Source: a virus (lineage: Duplodnaviria; Caudoviricetes). Taken from it: DNA of 57,199 nucleotides. The stretch spans positions 1 to 57,199 of IMG/VR virus record IMGVR_UViG_3300030090_002105; one strand, 5' to 3'. The first letter of the stretch is position 1; every line of letters begins with the position of its first letter. The notes under the pieces were generated by a model that made no database searches, was not told the DNA's origin, and saw only the letters and a program-made list of their open reading frames with translations. Shown one piece after another: positions 46,127-56,058 of the stretch. Made by a program: the position numbers and the translations under genes.

Positions 46127-46746
46127 TAGCCAATCCTAAGAGCAGATAATTGACCGTAGTTTAGATATATGTTCTGACTACTGCCGTTGTTGTGCTTTAT
46201 TCTTGCATAAACATCAGTATATGTAGTGTGTCCAGTGCAGTCTATAATACCACTCATGTTAAAGTTAGCTACATCATTAGCATTAGTAATGTATTCAATT
46301 CCTTTTAATGCAGGAGAATCTGTTGTGCTTCCCCCGGTATTGTCAGTAGAAACCATTGCAGTCCAAATAATATTGGCTGTTGCGGCTTGCTTTATGCACA
46401 AGTTACATGAAACAAAATAAAATCCTTTGTCATATATTCTTATTTGATCATTTGCAAAATCAGCATCAGCTCCAACAGTTGTAGAAGAAACAGTTCCGGT
46501 ATCTTGCGCTACATCTGATCCAGAAGATCCTAATGAAAAGTCAACGGTTACTGTAGTACCATTTGCAATTGCTTGTACAGCGGGAGTGCCATCGCCTGCA
46601 GCATTATTTATACAGGCATATCCTCCCATATCTGACTCTACATATTGGCGTAACATCTGTGCTGTAATTGCGCCTGTAGTATTGTCAGCAAAACTCGTGC
46701 CTGTTAAAACTGCTCTAGTTTTTCTTAAGGCTGTAGGTGTTCCCAT
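46126..46746 (-). CDS. Short fibre/spike-like structural protein
   Basis: FADNTTGAITAQMLRQYVES N-terminal motif; beta-sandwich (C1q/TNF-like pattern) C-terminus. Confidence 0.5.
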   Translation of the reverse strand: MGTPTALRKTRAVLTGTSFADNTTGAITAQMLRQYVESDMGGYACINNAAGDGTPAVQAIANGTTVTVDFSLGSSGSDVAQDTGTVSSTTVGADADFANDQIRIYDKGFYFVSCNLCIKQAATANIIWTAMVSTDNTGGSTTDSPALKGIEYITNANDVANFNMSGIIDCTGHTTYTDVYARIKHNNGSSQNIYLNYGQLSALRIG

Positions 46747-47279
46747 TATTTATACTCCACATTAAATGCGCTACCAAAAGCGCTGTCTTTATTTAAAAAT
46801 AGCAAGGTTTCTCCATCTTGCAGTGTTCCGCTTGTTACTATAAAATAAACATATCCTTCGCCATTTGACCCAGAAAAAGAACCTGCGGCAGAATCTCCAG
46901 TAACATCTTCAATGCTAACTTGAAGTATTGACCCTAAAGCTCCGCTTGTTTCTCCCTTTATCATGTCTCCTGTAGATGGAATTTGAAGATCAAAAGCCGT
47001 GCCATAAGCGCTGCTAAAAACAGAATCTTTAGATGTTCCAAGAGTAAAAGGAATTCTATAATATACAACCTCAGATGGAAGTGTCTGCCCGTCAGCCCTT
47101 TCATAACCATCTAATCTTTGATACCTTCCCCTTATGTCTACTTCAAAGTTATCCGCAGATACACACTCTCCAGGAGTAATAGTTAACGCCGGATCAACTA
47201 AGTTTATTCCTCCAGTAAATGGAAAATAACTAGACCTTATACTTGAAGGCGTAAGAGCTCTATTACGTAACTTTGTCAT
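46746..47279 (-). CDS. N-terminal part of the tail nozzle/tail tubular protein B
   Basis: FPFTGGINLVDP...PGE....NFE....G.YQRLDGYER is a typical nozzle-protein N-terminus; follows the adaptor gene. Confidence 0.6.
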   Translation of the reverse strand: MTKLRNRALTPSSIRSSYFPFTGGINLVDPALTITPGECVSADNFEVDIRGRYQRLDGYERADGQTLPSEVVYYRIPFTLGTSKDSVFSSAYGTAFDLQIPSTGDMIKGETSGALGSILQVSIEDVTGDSAAGSFSGSNGEGYVYFIVTSGTLQDGETLLFLNKDSAFGSAFNVEYK

Positions 47280-47971
47280 TCTGGTCTAACTGTATAGTTA
47301 AATAAATCTTGAACCTTAGAAAACCTTCTATTCTTTTGGCCAGGAAGCTGATCAGACTCTAACTTATCCATTAAATCCTCAAAAGATGCTAATGCTCCAT
47401 TAAGTATTTCAGGGGCATCTTCATTCTCTCCGTAATATATCTTAGCTCTAGCAATAATAATATTATGAAATCTAGCTGGTATAGGAGAAGTATCTGAATC
47501 TGCTGAAAGCTCAGTAGGAGTCTTCCAATACTCTACAGAAATAGCTGTAGTTGTATCAGGAGTTGGATACACATCTAGAACATTGTCAGGTTTTACAGCA
47601 AATACTTCAGGCGTACCTGAGTCTATAACCCCAAGTTTATATTCAAGCTTGTATTCGTCCCAATCCATATAGTCAAGCTCTTGATAATCGTTGGTAGCTT
47701 TAGACCAAACAATAGCATCAAGATTCCAGTTTCCTAAGTCAGCTGGAGATGACAAAGTTGATGTGCCAGCTGATGGTGTAATAGTGGCTTCAGTCCACAA
47801 AAAATTCCAGTTAAACCATCGCCTTTGAATATCTAAATCAGCTTGTTTAACATAGCGAACAACAGCAGTCTCCTCTTCTGAAAGATCAGAAGCAGTAACG
47901 CTTGAAGGGCCAGTGCCTGGTATCCCTATATCTCTAGCCATATCTTGGCATAAAACTAAATAAGTGCTCAT
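47276..47971 (-). CDS. Head-tail adaptor/tail tubular protein A-like
   Basis: MSTYLVLCQ...WNFLW...GTP..F...VYPTPD...L..D.DT..IP.RFH..II..A. Confidence 0.72.
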   Translation of the reverse strand: MSTYLVLCQDMARDIGIPGTGPSSVTASDLSEEETAVVRYVKQADLDIQRRWFNWNFLWTEATITPSAGTSTLSSPADLGNWNLDAIVWSKATNDYQELDYMDWDEYKLEYKLGVIDSGTPEVFAVKPDNVLDVYPTPDTTTAISVEYWKTPTELSADSDTSPIPARFHNIIIARAKIYYGENEDAPEILNGALASFEDLMDKLESDQLPGQKNRRFSKVQDLFNYTVRPE

Positions 47972-49050
47972 TTTAAGTTCTTCGCTATATCCATATAAAC
48001 TTTACCTACAGGTATTTTTGATGCACACAAAGCACCCCCAGTTTCTTCATCCCTATTACAAGTATCAAATCCATGATGCATTTTGTGGCACGGATAACAC
48101 TCTGCCTCAAACGGTTCAAAAGATGTAGTATTATTCCAATGTTTGCTTAAATTTTCTTTAGAAGAGTGAGATAAAAATAAAGACTTATGAACATTATTAT
48201 TAGATGATACTGAATTTAATACTCCAGTTTCAGGCCCAACAACTACATTACATAACTTAACTAAAGTTAGTACATCTCTAATAGGCCAATCTCCAGATGT
48301 AGTTATAACCCTGCTTTCTTTTTCCCAACCTTGTTCAAGAATTTTACAAGCATAATCGCCAACAGTAATAAATGTAACGTCTTTACGATTATCAAGAAAC
48401 TTGGCCATTAACTGATCATTTCCTGGCCATACCTTATGAACAGAAGAACCAGACAAAACATTCATAACAAGGTATTTAGTCTTTACTTTTTTCTTCTTCC
48501 AATCTTTTATTCTAGACTCTTCTTTTTTTGTTGGGTAAAAAGAAGTATCAAATTCATAATCTACTTCAGCAATATCATGCATTCTTTCCATGTAATTAAC
48601 ATTACACTCAGAATGAATGTCTTCTTTACTCCATTTAAACTTTTTATCTCCAGCAATTAAAACTGGACCATGTTCTAATTGAACGGTCCTGTCCCCAACA
48701 ATTAATAAACTTCCTTCTACAGATTCTGAAAATTGTATTACTTTATCGAAAAGTCCATCAAAATTTGCCCAATAATCATCTAGTTTATCTGGGTATATTT
48801 GATTAGTTTTTTGAACCAAAATCTCATCAACATAAGGATTAGACCTTAATATGTCTTTTCCTGTTTCATTGGTGTTAACACAAACTCTGTATCCCTGCTC
48901 TTTCAACAAAGGTAATACTGAACTTGTTTGCAGTATATCTCCGAAAGCTCCATATCTAATTACACAAACTGTTTTTTCTTTCCTTATCCCACCAAAATCT
49001 TGTGGGGTAAAGTCCTTTATTTCCTTTTCAGGAACTGTTATTATTTTCAC
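47968..49050 (-). CDS. Glycosyltransferase family 9 (heptosyltransferase-like, GT-B fold)
   Basis: VIRYGAFGDILQTSSVL...ILRSNPYVD, HKVWP, VVGPETGVLN, C.PC...C. Confidence 0.8.
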   Translation of the reverse strand: MKIITVPEKEIKDFTPQDFGGIRKEKTVCVIRYGAFGDILQTSSVLPLLKEQGYRVCVNTNETGKDILRSNPYVDEILVQKTNQIYPDKLDDYWANFDGLFDKVIQFSESVEGSLLIVGDRTVQLEHGPVLIAGDKKFKWSKEDIHSECNVNYMERMHDIAEVDYEFDTSFYPTKKEESRIKDWKKKKVKTKYLVMNVLSGSSVHKVWPGNDQLMAKFLDNRKDVTFITVGDYACKILEQGWEKESRVITTSGDWPIRDVLTLVKLCNVVVGPETGVLNSVSSNNNVHKSLFLSHSSKENLSKHWNNTTSFEPFEAECYPCHKMHHGFDTCNRDEETGGALCASKIPVGKVYMDIAKNLK

Positions 49051-49057
49051 TTACTGG

Positions 49058-49282
49058 TTAGTAACTCCATCCTGCAACAGACATTCCAGAACGAACCATA
49101 CGGCCATTAACCCTAGCTTCGTTGTTAGACCTTGGCTGTTCAGCTTTGTACATTTCACAACGCTCATCAAATAACTGGCTTCCGCTAGTGTATCCTTTTT
49201 GTTTTGGTTCTGTAGAACCATATCCTTCTAAAGGAGTTTCAACCTTATCGCCAATATAAGCAGTAATTAAGTTAATATTCAT
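49058..49282 (-). CDS. Hypothetical protein
   Basis: AGGAG SD. Confidence 0.55.
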   Translation of the reverse strand: MNINLITAYIGDKVETPLEGYGSTEPKQKGYTSGSQLFDERCEMYKAEQPRSNNEARVNGRMVRSGMSVAGWSY

Positions 49283-49331
49283 TTTGTTCTCCTAAATGAA
49301 TTGGGGGAGAGTTGCCCCTCCCCCGCTTCAA

Positions 49332-49505
49332 TTACGCAGTTTCAAACTTCCCGTGAGAAGTATTGACGCTACCTTTTACAACACCGATAGGCTTCTGGTC
49401 AGGACCTTTGCTATCCATCCCCATAGAAGCTGGAGATTCGTTAGCAAAAGATTTCTTTTCAGAAAGTCCGTTATCGGGCATTTTACCACTTGCGCTGTCT
49501 TTCAT
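49332..49505 (-). CDS. Small hypothetical protein
   Basis: GGAGG SD before the ATG at 49505 (within ORF 49332-49523). Confidence 0.5.
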   Translation of the reverse strand: MKDSASGKMPDNGLSEKKSFANESPASMGMDSKGPDQKPIGVVKGSVNTSHGKFETA

Positions 49506-49513
49506 AGTGCCTC

Positions 49514-49894
49514 CTAGTACCACTCAATCATCATATGAACATGCGCTTTACCAGCAGGAGTTCCGCCAGTAGGAGCATTAAACGTGATGTGAATATCGGT
49601 ATCAGCAGGAAGAGCATCAAGAACAAGGTCAGCTGCAGTGTCAGTTAGACGCTGCTGATCTCCATCAGCAAGGGTTCCAAGACCCATGTTGACATACTCA
49701 GCAGTTCCCGCAGAAGAACCAAGCTCAATAATAGCTTCCGTAGTCGTATTCGTAAAAGTTTCGATAGCTTCAACTTCAATCTCTTTGATGCTACCTTGTT
49801 TTCCCGAAGGACCACGCATAACCATCGCTTCACCCCCCGCACCAAAATCATGGTAATAGCTATATGCATAAGGACGTGGATCGCTGTAACTCAT
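49514..49894 (-). CDS. Capsid decoration/cement-like protein
   Basis: Directly after the capsid gene, AAGGAG SD, beta-rich 126 aa. Confidence 0.55.
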   Translation of the reverse strand: MSYSDPRPYAYSYYHDFGAGGEAMVMRGPSGKQGSIKEIEVEAIETFTNTTTEAIIELGSSAGTAEYVNMGLGTLADGDQQRLTDTAADLVLDALPADTDIHITFNAPTGGTPAGKAHVHMMIEWY

Positions 49895-49906
49895 AACAAT
49901 TTCTCC

Positions 49907-50872
49907 TTATGATTGGCTATCCCAAATCACAACGCGTGACTGGGCAGCTTGAGTGTGAACGAGGCCAAAGCCTCCCAAATAATACCACGCAATACCACGG
50001 TCCCTTCCGAAGTCGCCAGGAATTTTCCCACGAATTTCTTCAGGAACAGCGATAGCTTCAGCAACAGTATCTTCACCAAAGAACAGGCACCAATCGGACT
50101 TGCCGTTGGACCATGCACTAGATGAAGTACCAAGAGCTGCGGCACCCTTGTGAGTCTGCTCAACAAAACGCACACCTTCATAACGGCCAATTTCGCCATT
50201 CATGATCATCTGGAAACCAGCATCAATGTACTGCTTGATTCCTTCCAAATCATTTTTAAGAGTGCGGTACGTTGAAGGACGAGAGATAGAGTAATAATCA
50301 TCATCAGCATAAGCCGGGATGTTACGCTCTTTCATTACGTCCACAATTAACTTAACATGCTCTTTACCAAGAGCAACATTGTTAACTGTTGCAGATGCAC
50401 CGTTTTCAGTAACTACCAAAGAAGTCGTACTCGTTCCTGCGGTAGGAGTGACACGCACTTTCGCGGCGTCAAACTGTGCAGCAGCAAGATTATCGAATCC
50501 TTTAGTAGCATCGTTTTTCAGCACTTTCCTGATAACTTCGGCCACAGGCTGCTCAGAGAGATCATCTAACTTACCAGTATACGGCACACTGTTACCAGCT
50601 TCCGTAATGGTCATGGTTCCCTGAGAAATAGTGAACGAGGTTTCTGGGATCGTACTTGTTTCAGTCAGCGTGGTGCCCTGAGTGGCAACATCGCTGTACA
50701 CGTTCCAGTGGAATGTATCACCTCGGTGAAGACCCTGATGCGCTGCGTCTTTAACATCGCAGAACTGACGGAACTTTACCATCGGCTGAACTGCCATGCG
50801 AAGCAGGCGGCTCAGATTGTCAGCATACATATAACCACCAGAGGTGTTAACTGACCATACTTGTCCAGCCAT
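49907..50872 (-). CDS. Major capsid protein
   Basis: GGAGG SD, highly expressed-style codon usage, follows the scaffold; FRQF, L.E...P, GEIGRYEGVRFVE, GIAWYYLGGF. Confidence 0.85.
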   Translation of the reverse strand: MAGQVWSVNTSGGYMYADNLSRLLRMAVQPMVKFRQFCDVKDAAHQGLHRGDTFHWNVYSDVATQGTTLTETSTIPETSFTISQGTMTITEAGNSVPYTGKLDDLSEQPVAEVIRKVLKNDATKGFDNLAAAQFDAAKVRVTPTAGTSTTSLVVTENGASATVNNVALGKEHVKLIVDVMKERNIPAYADDDYYSISRPSTYRTLKNDLEGIKQYIDAGFQMIMNGEIGRYEGVRFVEQTHKGAAALGTSSSAWSNGKSDWCLFFGEDTVAEAIAVPEEIRGKIPGDFGRDRGIAWYYLGGFGLVHTQAAQSRVVIWDSQS

Positions 50873-50890
50873 AATTAACCTCCAAAAGAG

Positions 50891-51883
50891 TTATATAGTT
50901 TGGCCTCTAGCTTTACGCATTTCTGCAACAATCTCAGAAGGTGTCAAAGGAACACTTTCTTTTGAACTGTTAGCTGAAGCTCTAACTGATTTAGGTTGTC
51001 TCACAATTTTTTTCTTGCGATTAAACCTTCCATTTGATTCAAGACTAATTCCAACCCACTCACGAGTATACTCAGCAGCTGCATTAATAATCTGCGACGG
51101 TGTCCAATCAGGATTCTCCTGCGTCAGGGTAATCGTCTTCCTATCTGCAATCGCTCTAAGCTCTTCAGACTCAGCAATATCAGGATAGTCTTCATTAAAA
51201 GATTTAACTGCATCTTCTAATTCAGCCTGATAAGCTGCTCTCTGAATATGCTCTTGCTCTGCTTTTTTTCTTGCTTCATGAGATACAATAGCTTGATTTA
51301 CAACCTCTTGTATGTTCTGGGTAGCGTTTCCGCGCCCACTACTTGCCAAGGTTCTGAGTAATTTAGCAGCCTCCACTGCGTCATCTTGGAATAATGCTTC
51401 ATGATATTTTTCGACAATATCGTCAACATCACTAACTTCTTCCTCTTTCTCAACGTCCTGACCAGATGGTTGAGATTTTAATTTTTCAAATTGTTCTTGT
51501 AACTGCTGCTCTCTATACAAAAGCTCGCGCTCTTTTACTGCAGCAGCTTGAAATTTTTCTTGAGAAGCTTTATCTTTTTGATGAGAAGACTTTAAAGAAT
51601 CAAACGAAACATCTACTTCTTCGCCATTAACCTTTATTTTTGTAAGCCATTTTTCTCCATCATGCCAAACCGGGGCTTCTGGAGTATCTTCTAAAACTTC
51701 TTGAACATCTTCAACACCTTCTTCTTCCCTTCTCCTGTTGTAGATTTCTTCTAAAGCTTTTTCTCTAGCAGAAAGAGGGTTGACTGGGGTGGTTATATCT
51801 TCTTCGGTTTGCGTTTCCGTTACTTCTTCTGTTACTACAACATCTTCTGATTCTAACGCATCCTCTTGGGTAGCGTTTTCCAT
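50891..51883 (-). CDS. Capsid scaffolding protein
   Basis: Acidic coiled coil with KIKVNGEEVDV motif; between portal and capsid genes. Confidence 0.75.
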   Translation of the reverse strand: MENATQEDALESEDVVVTEEVTETQTEEDITTPVNPLSAREKALEEIYNRRREEEGVEDVQEVLEDTPEAPVWHDGEKWLTKIKVNGEEVDVSFDSLKSSHQKDKASQEKFQAAAVKERELLYREQQLQEQFEKLKSQPSGQDVEKEEEVSDVDDIVEKYHEALFQDDAVEAAKLLRTLASSGRGNATQNIQEVVNQAIVSHEARKKAEQEHIQRAAYQAELEDAVKSFNEDYPDIAESEELRAIADRKTITLTQENPDWTPSQIINAAAEYTREWVGISLESNGRFNRKKKIVRQPKSVRASANSSKESVPLTPSEIVAEMRKARGQTI

Positions 51884-51895
51884 ATTAGTATCTCC

Positions 51896-52231
51896 TTATG
51901 GTTCTAAATCACCAGAAGATTTATATTTCGCAATCTTATCAGCATTGTCCCCTTCTTGTATAACGCTATCAAACCACTTAAGCGATTTTAAAGGTGTTGA
52001 GAGATCAGAAATAATCTTCCGGTACTCTTTTAACTCCTCTTCTTGGGAGCCGTTAAATCCATTGAGCCCAATCTTTTCTAAATTATCTATGCCTTGTCTA
52101 TACTGAACTAAAGCCTTTTTTAGTATTGTTTGCCCAACAGAAGTATTTAAAAAATCTCTAGTAGCGTGTCCTATTCTAATTCGTTTTACTAGATCATCAA
52201 TCCCGATTTCACGGGGATCATAATATTCCAT
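51896..52231 (-). CDS. Hypothetical protein following the portal
   Basis: 111 aa, helical. Confidence 0.6.
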   Translation of the reverse strand: MEYYDPREIGIDDLVKRIRIGHATRDFLNTSVGQTILKKALVQYRQGIDNLEKIGLNGFNGSQEEELKEYRKIISDLSTPLKSLKWFDSVIQEGDNADKIAKYKSSGDLEP

Positions 52232-52232
52232 A

Positions 52233-54416
52233 TTATCCTACTGCATAAGGTATTTGATTGTAATCATTTCTAGCCATAACACCAACATCACCCTCGGCAA
52301 CCATTTCTTCTTGCCTAGATATTTCAGCGTCAGCTATTTGATTAATCAAAGCCTCTCGTTGTAACATTAATTCCGCCCTTCTTGTAGCTACATCTTCTTG
52401 TTTAAGTTGAAGATCAAGATTCTTAATCTGACCTTCCATCTCTTTCATTCTAATTTGAGCACCATACTTCATATTAGCCGTTTCAAGGTTGCCTTGCTGT
52501 TTCATTTCTTCTATACGAACCCTGTTATCAAGCTTTCCTTGTTCGCCTTGTATGTAAGATTGCATCTCCTGCATCTGAGCCATAAGCTCTGCAACTTGTG
52601 GGTCCTCTTCCATCTTAACAAATCTTTCACCATCTTTGTATCCAAGCTGCCCAAACACTTCTTTAACAACTTCTGGAACATTTAAACTTTGAGCAAAGCC
52701 AGGAAGTTCTCCAAGCATCTGGATACCAGACACAAGATTTTGAACTCTTCTTAATGGGTCTGTTGCGCTAATGCCTACATTAACTTTAAGAAGAACTTCA
52801 TACTTTAGAAGATCATCTACAGAGCCTTGGTATTTTTCGTTAACTTGAGCAGCTGCATCTCCAGCCAGCTCAAGAATAACTGCATCAGTTTCATAATACT
52901 GTTCAAGCCGCATCAGCTGCTTAAGTACACGCTCCACCCATGTCTCTGAAAAGGTCCTTAAAACATATTCAGTAACTGTTCCACTATTACTTGCCATGAG
53001 AGACATACCACCAACGGTCTCGTTGAGTGATCGCGCACCCTGTACCGTCGAGGTTGAGAAGTTGCCTTGCAACTCATCAAAGTCCATGTTGATTCTGTCT
53101 TGCTCAGCATATGCAGAACCAGTTACATCTCTTGTATCTATAACCCTTACATCAGCATCTGGATCATCCATCTCAACCGCGCCGCCAGGTACAGAACGAA
53201 ACAAAGCGTCAAGATCAATGTTTCTATCTCTTCTTATATGGTATCTTTTGTTCATTGCAAGACGAACATTATCAAACCTCTGATTCCATATATCATTAGC
53301 AGCGGCCTGAAGCTCTTGCGTTAACTCTACAGTACCTGCTGGATAAATTCTATGAGACTCTACATTAGTATATCCCATAACATAAGGGCGCTCTCCATTC
53401 CTAAGCCACGGGTATACTTCTTGCAATGGCGTGGGAGTTGAAAGCATTGCATCAGTACCAACTGTAAAATAACACCAATCTATGCCTTCTTTTTTAATAA
53501 TATTTTTATGTATAAATACAATTTTATAAGAGTCTGTTTCTCCATACCCAGCTTCATTATCAAGCCTATCTTCTCTTGGCTCGTCTCTAACTAATCTAGT
53601 AGAGTTGTCTTTATCGTCTGAATCAGCAGCTAAAAGCTCTCCAATAGGAACATCAAACCATTCACCTTCTTTAATTTTTTGTTGTACATCTTGAATATAC
53701 ATTGGAATAATGTGTATTATATAAGGACTACTTTCAATAGGATCATGCCAATCAGCCGCTGGATCAATTCTAATATTTTCTGGAGAAATAAGATCAATAA
53801 CCGGTTTATCTTTTATAGATGTTTTTTGAGTAGATAAAATAGGATTGCCTTCTTCATCCATTATAGCTTTATTTTTGCTATCTACACTAATGTAAGATTC
53901 TTCCTGCTCTTCGTAATCCCAATATTGATGACTTACACAGACACCCTGAACAGCAGCGTCTTGAAGAGCTGCAGACATTGTTTGAAACCAAGGAACTGTA
54001 TTAGTTAATCTATATTGCATTATAGATTGTGATACAGAAGCTGCTGCAACCTGCTCCATATCATTAGGATTTCTTGGCTGAACACTTACAACATCTTCAT
54101 TTGTAAAGAAAGCAACAGCCATTGCTGACTGTAAATTTCTTACTGCTGTTCTAGTTTTTGGCCTAAAAAATCTTGATCTTTTTTCGTAAGCTCCCGTATT
54201 ATACTTAGAGCCAGGAGGATGCTGGCTATTAAATAAAGATATACTTTTTTCCCACTGCTCTCTAAGATTTGAGTCAACCCAGTCACTAGACTCATCATAA
54301 GCTTCACGAGCAATACGCAGCCAAAAATTTTCTCCTATAACAGAGTTATTATCCATTTGTTCAATAGATTCATTTTCTGAACCTTCTGTTGGCGGCTGCG
54401 GTTTAATTCTGCTCAT
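52233..54416 (-). CDS. Portal protein (podovirus type)
   Basis: 727 aa; RS..F.PKTR, ISPENIRIDP, NQRFDNV, NET..GM, Gln-rich C-terminal barrel. Confidence 0.85.
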   Translation of the reverse strand: MSRIKPQPPTEGSENESIEQMDNNSVIGENFWLRIAREAYDESSDWVDSNLREQWEKSISLFNSQHPPGSKYNTGAYEKRSRFFRPKTRTAVRNLQSAMAVAFFTNEDVVSVQPRNPNDMEQVAAASVSQSIMQYRLTNTVPWFQTMSAALQDAAVQGVCVSHQYWDYEEQEESYISVDSKNKAIMDEEGNPILSTQKTSIKDKPVIDLISPENIRIDPAADWHDPIESSPYIIHIIPMYIQDVQQKIKEGEWFDVPIGELLAADSDDKDNSTRLVRDEPREDRLDNEAGYGETDSYKIVFIHKNIIKKEGIDWCYFTVGTDAMLSTPTPLQEVYPWLRNGERPYVMGYTNVESHRIYPAGTVELTQELQAAANDIWNQRFDNVRLAMNKRYHIRRDRNIDLDALFRSVPGGAVEMDDPDADVRVIDTRDVTGSAYAEQDRINMDFDELQGNFSTSTVQGARSLNETVGGMSLMASNSGTVTEYVLRTFSETWVERVLKQLMRLEQYYETDAVILELAGDAAAQVNEKYQGSVDDLLKYEVLLKVNVGISATDPLRRVQNLVSGIQMLGELPGFAQSLNVPEVVKEVFGQLGYKDGERFVKMEEDPQVAELMAQMQEMQSYIQGEQGKLDNRVRIEEMKQQGNLETANMKYGAQIRMKEMEGQIKNLDLQLKQEDVATRRAELMLQREALINQIADAEISRQEEMVAEGDVGVMARNDYNQIPYAVG

Positions 54417-54748
54417 TAACTATATTCTCCGTTTAACTTTCCTTTGTGATCCATTTTTAAATCACTATACAAAGTATCATTAAACTCCCCTCTTTTTTGT
54501 CTAAATCTTTCTAGTATTTCTCCTCCAGCCATAACAACCATTTTGTAATCATTATCTATTTTATCAGAATGAAGAACAAATCCCCAATTACCTGAAAGTC
54601 TCATAGACTTAACAGCAACAATTCCATCCATTACATTAACTGCCCAAAGCCATCCTGGATATTTTTCTTCTAATTTTTCTGCAACATTTTTTGCCAAAGT
54701 ATGATCAGTTGCTTTAAATATACTAGATTTTTCAACATCAAAATGCAT
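54416..54748 (-). CDS. Conserved phage protein upstream of the portal
   Basis: AEKLEEKYPGWLWAV...AGGEILERF. Confidence 0.65.
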   Translation of the reverse strand: MHFDVEKSSIFKATDHTLAKNVAEKLEEKYPGWLWAVNVMDGIVAVKSMRLSGNWGFVLHSDKIDNDYKMVVMAGGEILERFRQKRGEFNDTLYSDLKMDHKGKLNGEYS

Positions 54749-54900
54749 TACTTTTTTCCCTTAACTTTTCTTTCTTGAGAATAAAAAACTCTATTTCCAT
54801 TATTAAATATATACATTGGCTTTGGAGCATTAAGAGATGGATCAACTTTATAACACTCTTCAGACCAGCTAATTTTTTTTTCTTTATTACTGTTATTCAT
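54748..54900 (-). CDS. Small hypothetical protein (50 aa), not in ORF track
   Basis: TAATG coupling at both ends; MNNSNKEKKISWSEECYK... Confidence 0.5.
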   Translation of the reverse strand: MNNSNKEKKISWSEECYKVDPSLNAPKPMYIFNNGNRVFYSQERKVKGKK

Positions 54901-55403
54901 TATATCAAAGTTATAGTTGCTATAAATTTAGGATCACGTTCTATTGGATACTCTGGATCATATGGGGTCAAAACTAAGTTGTTAGCAGAATCAATCGTAA
55001 ACGTATATGTAACTCCTGCTGTTGGGCTTGATGTTCCTGCATCCCAATTGCCGGAATAAGCGGCCCAAGTTGCGCTTGTTTCGTACCAAGCCGATCCAAC
55101 ACTAAGCCCAGTCAACGATCCAACTGCGGGAGTTATAATATGACCAGTAGTTGCTGTTAAATCTTTTCCGGTAAGGGTAAGGCTTGCGCTTGGAACTGGA
55201 GTTAAAACAAGCCTAATTAAATCAGGAGCAGTTGTTGTAAAAGTTAAAGTTCCATTATCTGGTGATATCATTACTCCTGTAGTTGATATAGGAGTTTTTC
55301 CAGATAGGGTTAATGACGCTACACTAGGGTAAAAAAATTCGTCACCCCAATTGTAACTAACAGTATTCCAATTACCTGTTTCACTAGCCCAAGTGAGTGC
55401 CAT
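54900..55403 (-). CDS. Thr-rich structural protein with Trp-spaced motifs
   Basis: WASETGNWNTVSYNW and WYETSATWAAYSGNW; P..ASLTL.G repeats. Confidence 0.55.
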   Translation of the reverse strand: MALTWASETGNWNTVSYNWGDEFFYPSVASLTLSGKTPISTTGVMISPDNGTLTFTTTAPDLIRLVLTPVPSASLTLTGKDLTATTGHIITPAVGSLTGLSVGSAWYETSATWAAYSGNWDAGTSSPTAGVTYTFTIDSANNLVLTPYDPEYPIERDPKFIATITLI

Positions 55404-56056
55404 TACAAGTATCTAACGTGATATGGGTCTGCAACTGCGTCTGGTGCGGCAGGCCAATTCCAGTATGTTTTATCTACAATTCGATCTACTATGTGAGTAT
55501 CGGGTCCAATTGTTTCAACGCCTTCATCGTCGTATGTAGACAAATATCGCTCTTCCTGTACTTCGTGGTTCTGGAAATTTTTCACAGCCTGCACAGAAGC
55601 AAAGGCCTCAACGCCATTTTCAAGACTGTTGCCATGAGCGCGAACCTCGCTACGATACGTTGTCCATGCTTCTGGCATAGCAGTGCCACCGTCAGTAGCC
55701 CTAATTACCATCCAATCAGAAGGAGCAATTAATACGCCAACATTTGCTTTTATCTTTAAAATAAGGTCAGACTTAAGATCTTCTACATTCTTTTCTGTAG
55801 TGTCGTAAGTTAGTTCGTAGTAGTCAGGTCCTCCTGAAAAGGTTCCATCAGAATTTCTGCGGCTTTTCTTTTCAAAGTTTTCTGCGCCAGTATCGTAATA
55901 CCTAGAGTCTGGAGTAACAATCTCAAGAGAGTAAATTCCAATTGCCTCTAACTCTTCTGCTGTCCATGCTCTAAAAATATTAGATGGGTGTTTAATGCCA
56001 TCAACCGTTAAGGCGCGAGGCGTTTTTATTGTTCCGAGTGTTTCGCTATACCACAT
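55403..56056 (-). CDS. Tail fibre assembly-type protein
   Basis: HPSNIF..W...EL..IGIY and LIAPSDWMVIR...W.TYR..VR; directly after the fibre gene. Confidence 0.65.
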   Translation of the reverse strand: MWYSETLGTIKTPRALTVDGIKHPSNIFRAWTAEELEAIGIYSLEIVTPDSRYYDTGAENFEKKSRRNSDGTFSGGPDYYELTYDTTEKNVEDLKSDLILKIKANVGVLIAPSDWMVIRATDGGTAMPEAWTTYRSEVRAHGNSLENGVEAFASVQAVKNFQNHEVQEERYLSTYDDEGVETIGPDTHIVDRIVDKTYWNWPAAPDAVADPYHVRYL

Positions 56057-56058
56057 AA

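Noticed and set aside
49303-49325. Strong intrinsic terminator after the capsid genes
   Set aside because: A GC hairpin (GGGGGAG/CTCCCCC) is present but there is no good U-tract on the - strand. At most a weak terminator or stabilising hairpin.
31984-55732. Numerous + strand ORFs in the late arm and - strand ORFs in the early arm
   Set aside because: Shadow ORFs antisense to long, motif-bearing genes.
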